Below are positions 27,757 to 39,800 of a DNA stretch of 64,000 nt, in pieces. The stretch is taken from positions 15,934,001-15,998,000 of the forward strand of contig CM120646.1 of NCBI GenBank assembly GCA_051362555.1, read 5' to 3'. This DNA is from Lingula anatina (lineage: Eukaryota > Animalia > Brachiopoda). Every line of letters starts with the position of its first letter. Positions within the stretch are counted from its first letter, which is position 1. Both the position numbers and the translations under genes were made by a program. The notes beneath the pieces are model-generated. The model was not told where the DNA came from. It searched no databases and worked only from the letters and a program-made list of their open reading frames with translations.

Positions 27757-27829
<73 letters not shown>

Positions 27830-28268
27830 ACTAACAGCATTAGGCCAGATCCCAATTGGGTCTTTGCACTGTTGACACCCCAATGGGCCTGTGCCTTATT
27901 GACCAAGTAATTTGCAGGTGAGCTGCCATTTTGTTTGTATGTCATGTGTTATTGAATTGAGGACATTCCAGCTCAAGGTATACCATATTAAACCTAAGGC
28001 CTGGCAAATGAAATTTAGTTGTATTCAGTTTAGTATCTATTTAGACTAGATTGGGACCTGGCCTGTGACTCCCACACACACACACATCTGCACATAAAAA
28101 CCTGACAAACTTACTGAGAGGAATTTCTGGTATTGTTTCAAAAACTGACCCACTTTTCTTTACATTAAAACTGTTCTTTTCTCCAGATCTGGCATTTCTC
28201 TCATCTTCACGGATTTCTCTAATAAGTTGTCTGATTTCTTCATTTGAAGGATTTGAACTACCGGGCAT
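27253..28268 (-). CDS. HIG1 (hypoxia-induced gene) domain protein, HIGD1A-like, 125 aa, 2 coding exons
   Basis: Exons 28268-28115 (donor A|GTAAGT) and 27476-27253 (acceptor ttattctcag, phase 1), 378 nt. ATTIGYFLYKVKTRPFNAYSGYWLDVRVKTQTLLVFGGLFFHFACGMYRD aligns by eye with HIGD1A [49 protein letters not shown]. An acceptor at 28282-28281 implies an upstream 5' UTR exon. Confidence 0.75.
27761..27828. repeat. (AT)n(GT)n microsatellite in the HIG1-gene intron
   Basis: Directly visible. Confidence 0.95.
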
Positions 28269-29904
28269 TGTGTAGGATGACTGTATATGATGTTGGTATG
28301 CAGACTTTTTCAAAGAAATTAACTATTCTATAGAAATATCTTGAAAATAATGGTGGCAATGGGTCCTTCAATCTGTTGCTGAAAAAAAAAAAAAAGAAAA
28401 TAAAGTGCCAGAATAGCATGAAGCTATAGCAACTGCATGTGCCTACAGGTAGGATTAGTTGTACATTTTCAAAAAATACAAGGAAAAGTGTCTAACTAGT
28501 ATTATGTTTGTACCAGCTTAGATATCTATCTGTCACATGCATATTAAGTGCTTATAAAATCCTGGAACCACACAAGCACATGTTCTTTGCAACATTTAGG
28601 TAATGAAAACCAAGTTGGTAAGCTTTTGTCTCCATTTTGGACATGGCATCTTAAAAATGGCAAACATGGTGTCAATAAAACATGATTTTTTTTAGCTTCA
28701 TAAAATAGTTTAAAAAACTCAACCAAAGGTTACAAGGGGTTAAACTCCCAAACCAACACTATGTTGATTAAGGCATTTTATCCTTTTTACACACATAAAA
28801 AACATGTGCACAGAGTAACTACATATCTTGTCCTTCTTGGTCTCAAATATGCCCATAAAATATACTAAGGGTACTGAGCTTACTTATGCTCAATTTTATT
28901 GTGCATTGAAAGCCTCACCAAGTTCCCTGCCAAAATTGTCCATCTACTACAAGTTCCTTAATTCTGGCTTAAGTTTGACCCTTTTTGGTAAGGCTTCATT
29001 CCATCCTGTATTTCAAACTCTCTAGGCTTTATGTGGCATCACCTAAAAATAGCCTTCGTAAACAGTAACACTGGCATGAGTAAGAGGTGGGATGTTTTGT
29101 AATAAATATTCATCCAAGAAAGATGAAATGCAAAGATTAAAACCTTATCAAACTGGCGTCAGAACCGCAATACAAAAGTATTTTAATAGTTCATTATATA
29201 CAACATGGTGGGGAGGACAATAGAAATAACATAGCTTTGAGAATTTGTAACTCAGTATGTAATAAGACCTTACCAGCGATATAGTGCACCAAGTTAGTAG
29301 TCATTAATGCTTATGGCCTGTATACAAGGCAAACATGGAGGCAAATCAACTTCCAAGGATACCAACGATACTAAGCTCCAAGTAAGTCTGAAATACAACC
29401 TGTATGGACGTTCTTAGAAGGCTGAAATTAAGTCCACCTTTGTCTTGTTGAAGTTAGTAACGTAAGTTCTGTTCCTCTGTTGAACAGGATGCTAGTACTT
29501 ATGGGGCAGGATGTGTGCATTTTAAAAAGTATCATCATGACGCAAGTTGGAAAATGGCTGGCAGTGACCTTTCGTAAGTCACGTTTGCCACATAAAATAT
29601 CTATCTTGGGTACACATTCAAAACAATGTAACTAAGAACTACACGTAAATTTCAACTTTAATTTACCTGCCCATTTTCTACTAGTTTGCACTTTAATTTA
29701 AGATACCTACCGTTAAATTATGGGTTCGTGTTGCACTGTACTGCGCCCCGTCCGTTTCAAACGGCCTTGACCTATTTGTGCTCCCTAATTGCATAATGTT
29801 GTCTTGGACTACGAAGGGCCATTTGCAATAGTAATTTATGTCACTGATTGCGCAAATCAACCGTGTTATGTGTCATGATAGATATTATTAAATATTTGGT
29901 AAAC

Positions 29905-30028
29905 GTTACCTAGTTTACAAAATCGAAAATAAATTTCAACTTAACAGCTGACTCTACTTGTTATGACTTCCGGTGAAAGGGGAGTGAAGGAAGATGCTAT
30001 TTACAAAGTTAAAAATAAATATTCCTGC
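29905..30028. promoter_or_regulatory. Candidate compact bidirectional promoter (HIG1-domain gene / STK11IP) with ETS/GABP motif
   Basis: ACTTCCGG at 29966-29973; minus-strand donor TAG|GTAACG at 29910/29909; STK11IP ATG at 30029; no TATA box. Confidence 0.55.
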
Positions 30029-30291
30029 ATGGCCGCTGCCTCAGTAAATACCACATCCGTTAACCCAAGAGAAAGGCATACCCTCGAGAATCTTGCTAAA
30101 CTGTTACGAGACAATGGTACGTATTCTTGCCCCAAAAATATCGATACTGGCCTAGTGAAAGTCAGTCCTAAACTGTTTAAACAAATATCCCACTATTTTC
30201 TGTCTGGTAGTAACTCATACATTTTTATTTCTTCTCAAATTTCTCCGATCTGTCACTTTCACACACAAACAGGCGCGCACGCACGCACACA

Positions 30292-30330
<39 letters not shown>

Positions 30331-33300
30331 GTAGATCTACTATTCATTGATACATATATGTGCATTAATTACTACACAGGTGATAAGATCCTTGATGGCA
30401 GCTCTTGTCTTAGCCTCACCACGGCCTCACTGGCTGCCTTGAACAGAGACTTCAGGACAGTATGTGATATAGACCCGCACCAGAGGACATTTGAGGTCCT
30501 GCCACAAAGAAGGTCCAGTCAGTATGATTTTTATGACAATGTCCAGTTTCTACATGATATTGTGCAGAAGACAAGGAGACTGAAGGTAGGAAGCAAGGGG
30601 TTTTATTAATTTCAAAATGTACAGAATATTTAATGTTATTTTTTTTTTCATTTCGTTATTTTATTTCATTTATTTCATTGTTGAATTGTAGAGGTCTTAT
30701 TGTCTTTAAGATTGTAAGTAGATCTTAAGCTTCGCTCTTGTTACAAAAACCAAAATGCTAACAAAAGTTTTATTCACTTTTGCCATGTTATTTAAAAATG
30801 AATATAAAATCATAAAAATAAACATAATGATAATAATAATAATAAATTATTTATGGGATCTGCTGGAAAAAAATGTAATCAATGCTAATTGATTTATTGT
30901 ATCTTAAATGTGCACTGTACTTAGTTTTTTCATTGTATTGTATGTAAATCAGTATAAAATTTCACATCATTTGTATTACGCAGTAAGCATTCACTTGTTA
31001 TGTTTCTTCACTACTGGAAGTAAACAGCATTGAAGTATTAGTCAGTGATTGAAAAAATACTTTTTGATATTTTTTAGTTTACTTTTACTTTTATAGCTTC
31101 TGCACAGTCACAGCACGTTGCAGGGAAGCATCAATATTGGGGACTTCAGAGAGTTAAGGTGGCTGGAGATTAAGAAGGTCCCTGTTCACTTATTGTCCGG
31201 GATCCAGAAATTGAGGTCCAAGCTGGAAACACTGGTGTGCGCAAGAAGTGTCAACAAACTACAGGTAAATATGAACATAATGACCAAAGGAAAGCATCCA
31301 ATTTGAGATGAGGGTGGAAAAGTTCGCCAACAACACTTGGGAATTTCATTAGGATGGATTTACATTTTCAACGTAAATTTTGCATATAACTGAGTGTGGT
31401 GGTCCTTGTTTCAGCCAAATATCTGAAGTTTCATCACAAGTCATACACTGCCCTTTTTTCAGAGGTATTGTATCTTATTTTTTTGCATAGTCTAATTTTC
31501 CACAAGAAAAAAATACCTTTTTTCCTTCTCATGAATCATTGCTCAACCTGTCCCTACCCTAAAATTTAATGTTGTATACGATTTTCTTAATAAATAAATA
31601 ATTGTCTAGCCAGATGTTTTAGACTACGTCTTCCTGTACATTTCAGTAGGAAATCTTGACATCAGGTTCTTACTTTGAATGGTACTAAATTTCAAGAGGC
31701 CTTCGCAATGGGGAAAGATCAGTCGCTTTGCAGGATATGTTGATAGAAAAATTAATGTGCCTTCCAGGGATGTTTTCCGATACCAATGCATGCATGAGCT
31801 TGAGTTGGAAACATTATTCTTGGTTTTAACACAGTGCCTGCTCAGATGTTGCTCTTTAGGTGAAACCTGAAAGTGTGTACAATCAAATGGGAATGGCTGA
31901 AGTGTTATTTGATGAATAAAGACTAAATATTGAACCTGACCTTCAACTCGGATAAGAATCAACACACATTTCTTACTGATCCTAGTCAAAGCATAGTTAC
32001 ATAACATTTATTTAAAAAGTCATTTTGATATTGTTAAGTTTACCATTCAAGTGTAAGGTTATATTTTTCAACTTTGGAGGGAGGTTGTATGTACAAGTGT
32101 ATGATAGTTAATCTTCCACTAATTAGAACAAAAAAGTACTAACTATATGTTTTGTTGAATACCAACAATCTTAACTTCAGATTCTGTTTAATTCCCAAAG
32201 ATCAATTCGTATGTCAATCTTCAAATATACTTTTAAGACATTAAAATGTCTTCAAGCACTCACTTATAATGTACTTGTAAATTCTGACTGTGTCACTCCA
32301 GGATCTGTTTGAGACATGTGGAGGAGACAAGAGTGAAGCCTGGTCTTGGAGTGAACTCAGAGTGGCTGTGCTCAGTTTTAATGACATTCAAGTTCTTGAT
32401 GAATCTCTGGTAAGTACCCAGTATCTTTTTCCAGATATATGACTTAGAGGAATGATTAGGCAGATTTGATGTGAACTTCTGAAAAGTATTTTATTTAGTT
32501 GTAGTAGTCTTAAGAAAAATAATAATTTCTGCTCTATTTTTATTTTAATCTCATGTTTGATTGCATCTCAAATTTCCAAAACAGCTATGCCAAAAATTGC
32601 CTTTTCTGTTGTTACCATAGCTGCCTATCTAATCCTAAATGACCTTTGATGTCTTTGAATTGTTGAAAGATTTACTTCTGAATCATTAATTTTACATTTA
32701 TCTCCTAATCTTAATGTGTCACTGTGATATATTTAGCGCCTGCTGCCCCATGTCCAGCTCCTTGACCTGTCCCACAACAAGATAGTGACCACTGAGGGCT
32801 ATCTGCACTACCTTCATGATCTGGCCCATGTCAATTTTGGCTTCAACTGTTTGACACAAGTGCCATCTTTCACCATCACAGGCAGACAGAGAGTAGTCAC
32901 ACTCATCCTGAAGAGTAACAACCTTGATAACATTCAAGGTAGGGGTTCTTAAATGTTCATTTTGATATTTTGATCAGAGGCAGCATTTAACATTAAGACT
33001 GGGTTCCCATACTTAGATTGATCCATCTGGATCGACCTAACTCCCTGGGGGTTCACGCTAAATTGCTATCAACTCAAGAGGCTTAAATGTCTGTCACGCC
33101 TACCGAATCAGCTAGGGGGTAAAGATAATTTCCCTAAGATGAAGTTCTTCTGAAGTGATTTTGTCATATTTTTATTGAAGCCAAATATCTGAAGTTTGTC
33201 TTACACAGTGATGAATATCAGATTTTTTTGTAAGAATGTATTTCTCCTGCTAAAATTAATTATTGCAATGCAAGGGGGTCTTCATAAGTTTTTCAAATTA

Positions 33301-33842
33301 TGTTTTTTTGTCCAGGAATTGAAGATTTGGTAAATCTGAAACATCTGGATGTAGCTGACAATTGTCTTTCTGACCATTCTGAACTTGGGCCTCTCATCCA
33401 TCTGACACAACTCCACATGGTAAGTAGACCATGACAGGTAGTACATGACATGTGGAATAAAGATAAACCAGCTAGTCCATGGCAGGTAGAATGGGATAGG
33501 TAAACCATTTAGACCATGAAAGGTAGAAAAGAATAGATAAACCAGCTAGACCATGGCAGGTAGAATGGGATAGGTAAACCATTTAGACCATGAAAGGTAG
33601 AAAAGGATAGGTAAGCCAGCTAGACCATGGCAGGTGGAATGAGATAGGTAAACCATCTAGACCATGGCAGGTAGAATAGGATAGGTAAACAATTTAGACT
33701 ATGACAGGTAGAATAGGATAGGTAAACCAGTTAGACCATGGCAGGTGGAAAAGAGAACAATACGGGGAAAAATGTGGTATGCAGAAGAGAAGTAAACCTT
33801 GGCCTTTTATAACAACAGCTACTGTAGGTTGCTCATCTCTTG

Positions 33843-33879
<37 letters not shown>

Positions 33880-36800
33880 GGCATGTGTGTGTGCTCGAAG
33901 TGAAACCTCCATTGTATTTATATAAATGTGGTAACTACATGTACATATACTGTATTTTGAGGTTTTGAACAGAAGCCAAACTGTTTGACTTAAGTAAGAA
34001 ATAAACACAAGAATGACCAGATTAACATTGTCTGTTTCAGCTCTGTTTAGAAGGCAACCCTCTGTCGTACCACCCCCAGTATCGCCTCCTCACCACCAGA
34101 TACATCCCCTATGCTGTGCAGGCTCACATACTCCTGGATGAGAAGAAGCTGAGTAAAGCTGAACTAGCTGTGGGTTTCCTTTACATCTTGAGTCTTTCTG
34201 CTGTATATTCTCTCATCACACAGGCCTTTGTCTAGGGGCTTTTGATCTTAGATATTAAGCAATACATTAATTAAAAGATATGTTAACATGTTTTGCATTT
34301 CCCTTTGAGTAGTAGCTCAATAAAATTATTTTTGGTCAGTTTTTAAAACAAGTAGTTTGCCTTCAGAAAATGCAAAACTATTTGCAGCTATTGAACTCAC
34401 CAGCATTTTGCTGGATTAGTGGCCAACAGATACCAAAAGAAATTTTATGCTAACGCCCTACTGTCCACTCATTCCAGTACACACGAAAACATGGTCAGGT
34501 CTTCTCCTCTTCACCCCGTGGCAGCCATGATGTAGTCTATCATAATGACCGTTTCACAGATAGCCGGACGTCTACCCCCACTGTGGCCGACACCTACAGG
34601 TTTGAGCAGTCAGGGGAGATTGCCAGGACTCTGACCCCCAAAGGAAAACAGAAGCTGGCCAGGAAAAGGTCAAAGGGCTCTCTCAGGCAGACTATCTTCA
34701 GCAGCAGTGATGGGGTTGACTTTACAGACACTGGGGGCTCCTCGAAGGAAAGTTCTAGAGGTACTGGTTCTGTGTAAAAAACTATTCTTTAATATCATTT
34801 GAAAGCTGAGCTATAGCAATAAGTGACTAGTAGATAGTTTGGAGATGGTGGAGTGCATGGGTTTCCTAAAAGTTCCCCTCTGGATCAAAATTTGATCTAC
34901 AGTATGTGCAATAATGGTAAAAAAGTCAGTTTTTCAGTTAAAGCCCCCTACCTTCCCCCCCCTTGATATTGCTGGTTACAGGTTTGTACACATAGTTCAT
35001 TCATTCAAAAGTACTTAAAAGTTTATCATGTTTATCTTCTCTTTAAGTTCCAGATGTAGTGACAGCTTCTACAGGTATCTCAGAACATTTTCAGTTTTAA
35101 TTAGCTTTTATATACAGACATTGCAGCTATTATGTGAGCCCTGCAGTATCCCAGGTGCTTCTAACATGTTTCTGTAGCAATGTGAATGTGATGTACTGTC
35201 AGTGCTGGCTTGTTTACCAGGTTTGTCCTATGCCCAGTTAGTGCTTTAGTTAGCTGTGTGCACTGTTATGCCCCGTGTTACTGCTTAGGAAGGACCCTGA
35301 CATGTAGAAAGCTTAATGTAAGGGACCATTCCCACAGATATTTGGATCGATCTATCTCCCTAGGGAGTCTCACTAAATTGCTGTTAAACTAACTGGCTTA
35401 AGTGTCTGTCACGCCTAGTAAAACTGTTAGGGGGTGATTATCTTTACCCCTAGCTGATTCGGTAGGTGTGACAGACATTAAAGCCTCTTGAGCTGTAAGC
35501 AATTTAGCGTGAACCCCCAGGGAGTTAGGTTGATCCAGATGGATCGATCTAAGTATGGGAACCCAGTCTAAGTTGAATGGGGGAGGGTGGAGAGAGCTGG
35601 TAACCATGGAGGAAAAAAATAAATGCAATGTTGGGGCTTCATTTGAACTTTTCCAGATTCCTGTGGTTTTGAATGACCCAGTTGAAACCCCCATTGCAGT
35701 TTTTAGGCCCATGACATGTATGGTACTTTTAACTAATTGGTGATTTTTTCTCCCTAAGTGTTATTAAATAAGGACTTTGGAATATCTCAAAAATTAAAAA
35801 GATGTTGTGATTAACTAGTCCACTAAGTGAAGATTAGTAAAGATTTGAAATTGTTTCAGTATAGAAGTTTTTGCTCATGCTTTTTTAAAAGTGTTGCCTT
35901 TATTCTTTTACATGATCTAAGAGCTTGCATCGCCCAGCTAGCATTATATATAAATCCTTTTGTTTTTTAAAAAGTAAACACATCTCATGTCATTTTGCAC
36001 TTTTGTGTACACAGCACTAAGTGCATTTTCTCAGCAGTTTCAGATACATGTACTAGTAAGTGGTTCCTGGTGTTTAGGTAGACTTGTATATTTTGCTGAA
36101 ATTTTAAAGAAAACTTTGTCCTTGTACATATTAATGTCTAGTTGAAATGTTTATCTCAAGCCCGCCTTTTGTTATTTCATAACAGTTGTGGACTTCCAGA
36201 CTGTTGGCATCTGTTTTTTTTTCTCTAACATTTGATTTTTCTGCTGATCGGCAATAGTTTAATAGTTACTAACAGCAAATTACATGTGGCTTTGCATGGC
36301 CTTTTCATTTTTTATTTTAAAAAAAAATTAAGGTAGAGAGCATGACAAAAAGGGGTTCTGAATGGCAAAGCTTTGACCAGCAATGGTTTTGTCTTTGAGG
36401 ATGCATTATAATTTACTTGTAACAAGTTCATGTTATGTCCTGACCTGCGATTGGATGTATATTGCGGAATTGCTTCCATTTTGTGTCCTGTACCATGATG
36501 GATGTATTAGAAATTTTTTATCAGCATTACCTGAATTTTGTTTAAGATCTGTGTACAAATATGATAAACTTAGCAGTAATAGCTGGACATATGAGCTCAA
36601 AGACAAAGTTAAGCACCATAAACTGTTGTCTTTGCAGCGTCTACACCAAAACAAGAGAACTCCTTTCCAAAGTTCTTTGAGAAGCAGCACATTGAGACAA
36701 TTCGCAGCCAGTTGGGACCAAAATGGCTGCAATCATTACCCACTCCAGATCCGGACCAACAAAACACAGAGCAACAGCAGCACCCTATGGCAACAGATGA

Positions 36801-39800
36801 TGATTTGTATTTAACAGATGAGCAGGGAATTGAGCCGAAGAGAAGTGGAGTTAAACAGGTTGATAATGTAGAATCTATACAGTCCTCTGTTAATACAATA
36901 AAACCTGAAAATAAAACTGTGGTGGACATTCATGCAGATAATCATGGCAGTTCACAAACAGAAAGTCCTGTGCTTGGTAAGCAGGATACTGTTGCTATGG
37001 CAACTGGTGATGGCAGCAGTAGTCATGGCAACGTGATGGCTGGTGAAGCTGAGGATCTGAGACAAATGGTTGCTATGTGCCTGGAAGGGGAGGCCAGTCA
37101 GGGGGGTACTTCATCAGGAGATAAGAATGGCACAAAGTCGAGGAATGCAAGTGGGCAGATTTATGAAAGTGAAAAAAATAATCATCACCAGATCAATGAT
37201 TTGGAAAGTGTGTTCCCAGCCTATAGAAGAACAAGTAGTGAATATTTTGAGCCATGTGGTAAGTTTTGATTTAGTTGACAGTTTGATAAATTTGTAGCTG
37301 CTCAGATTTACTGTAATGCAGGATTGAAATATTTTCATCAGATTGATTACAATTTTTCTGTTACTATGGATTGTGGATATATTATTGGAAATTGTCTCAT
37401 TCTTTACTTACCTTTGGGTTTTAAATGAATAAGAGCAGATTCTTTATTTATAGCTTGTGCTTTCACAAATTCTTCTAGAAAACGAGAGTGACCCCTTCAT
37501 TGTATCCTTGGAGGATGGTCATCAACTGTTGGTCACTTTAAGTGACCGCTATATGAATGAGAAGGACCTTGATGGTGCCATGGTGGAACAACTGGACCTT
37601 AACCTACTGCTGTCTGCAGGGGTTGTGGAGTCTGGAGTGGAGGGCATGGTAGGTGGTCAACTAGGTGGTCAACTAGGTGGTCAACTAGGTGGTGAGCTAG
37701 GTGGACTGCTAGGTGGACAACTAGGTGGTCAGCTAGATGGACAACTAGGTGGTCAACTTGTGGTCAGCTAGGCAATCAACTAGGTGGTCAGCTAGTTGGA
37801 CTGCTAAGAAATCAGTTAGGTGGTCAGCTAGGCAATCAACTAAGTCAACAGCTTGTCGGTCATCTAGGTGGTCATCTAGGTGGTCAACTAGGTGGTGAGC
37901 TAGGTGGTCAACTTGGTGGTCAGCTAGGCAATCAACTAGGGACTCAACTAGGTGGTCAGCTAGGTGGTCAACTAAGTTGTCATTAAGCTTTGTGTGATAA
38001 AAGATTTGGTAGAGATGCTGATGATTTATTGGTGGCTTGATGTTAATTCTCACATCGCACAATTATAATGGGAAAGCTGTTTTGTGTTAATTTTTCTTCT
38101 GTTATTTTGTTGTCTTTTCATAATATACTTGTTTATTGAAAGAAAGTTATGAAGGCTGGTGGCAATGGCTACGGCACCCATACTGGTACATTTGTTAAAG
38201 AGGACCTAGATTTGAGGCCTTTCTTCATAAAAGGGTCAGACAGGTAGTAGGTGGAAACTTTCTGAGAACTGGACCATACCCTACACACATTGAAAGAAAA
38301 AAACTCTCTCAGTTATGCTTTTGTTCTATTTGAATAGCCAGTCAGTGCCTAGGTAATATATTTCTAGGGCACTTCATTGGTTAGTGACCATGACACCTCA
38401 AGACAAGCTGACAGCTTAGAGCTTGGGGCAGAACCTGGAGAAGACGAGACACAACTGGAACAAACATCTCACCTAGCACAATCGGAGGAATGCTCTCTGC
38501 TGCTGGTTTTTGATTACTGGAAGAAGGACAGGCGTCAGAGAAGATATCTGATGGAGGATCAGGAAAATGCTCAGGTCAGCATACCAATTTAGAGCCAAAT
38601 GTGAAGCTACCACATATTATCAAACACTTATTGTAACTTATTTGATCTCAGAAGAAAATGAGAAATGTCTGAAGTTATTCCAGCAAGTTTTCATCGATTT
38701 GATAAAAAATTTGAATACAAAGAGATATATAGTAATTGCATTATCCTGGGACGTAAGACTGCCTCAACTTTTAAGTGTTTGATGTATGCCAAAGATTAAA
38801 TCTCAAAATTACAATGAATGGTCATTCCAGCTTTTTCTGGACCACCTACAGCCTTGGCTTGATGCCAGAAATAGACGAGCAAGTCTGAAGGAGATGTTTC
38901 AGTGCCTTAAGTGCGGCAAAGAGTTTGCAAAAATAGAGGCTAAGGTGAAGGTTAGGAGAGAAAAGACCAAGGGAGGTATGTGCACTTCAAAACTTGTGAA
39001 ATAATTATACTAGAATCTTTGGAGTTTGAGCGTGTCAAAAATGCATATAACATAAAAATCTGTGTAAATTAAGTTGCTCGTTATTGAAATGCAGTAGATA
39101 AACTAAAAGGTAAATGTTAAGTTTTTGTTTTTATGTTCAAATAAGTATTCGTATTTAATTGAACTTGGTATTTTAACTCATGTTTTGAATGTTGTTGAAT
39201 AGAATATAATGTTCATTAAGATTTTCATCTAATGCATAAGAGTCACCTAGTTCAAACCTAAAACAATAAGATATAAACAATATTTTTTAGTATTGCAGAA
39301 AAAGGTGAATACATGTGGCATCATTTGAGGTACTAATTATTGTTAAAATTCATATCTTAAGGGAGTGTCAAAGAAATCTTAAGCTGCCCATCATGTGATA
39401 GTGAGCATGTGGTGGAAATGGAGGTCAGTTTCTTAGCAACAGCAGTGAAAGAAGAGGTTAGGGTTGGCTCTTTCTCTTCCACGGGGTCTGCTCCAGGGCC
39501 CCTTGCCACATCCACTGCCCCTAATACCCCACAGAGACCTACAGGAAGAGGACAGGCTGGGACAGGGACAGCAGTAAGGTCAGGACATGAGATTGAAACT
39601 AGGTCACATTTATACCTTGTTGATTTTATACTGGATTAAATATGAAAATATATGCAATTGCAATTAGAGATTACTAAGATATTCTGAAGCAGCAGAAGTC
39701 ACTTACCAGGAATGTAACACTTGTAATTATATTTGATGAAGGAATTTCCAGAACTTGATATTGAGTGAAGATTCCAAAAGAGGTACATGTAGTTGTCAGT

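Noticed and set aside
29963-30028. Upstream in-frame ATG (MTSGERG...) as the STK11IP start
   Set aside because: It overlaps the ETS promoter motif and probably lies upstream of the TSS; ATG 30029 (gcATGG) preferred, not proven.
33424-33750. 37-bp repeats superficially like a CRISPR array
   Set aside because: Contiguous tandem units with no unique spacers, located in a eukaryotic intron, no cas genes.
37745-38062. Minus-strand His/Asp-rich (VDHL)n ORF resembling a metal-binding or biomineral protein
   Set aside because: Antisense translation of the intronic 12-bp minisatellite; no ATG start or signal peptide.
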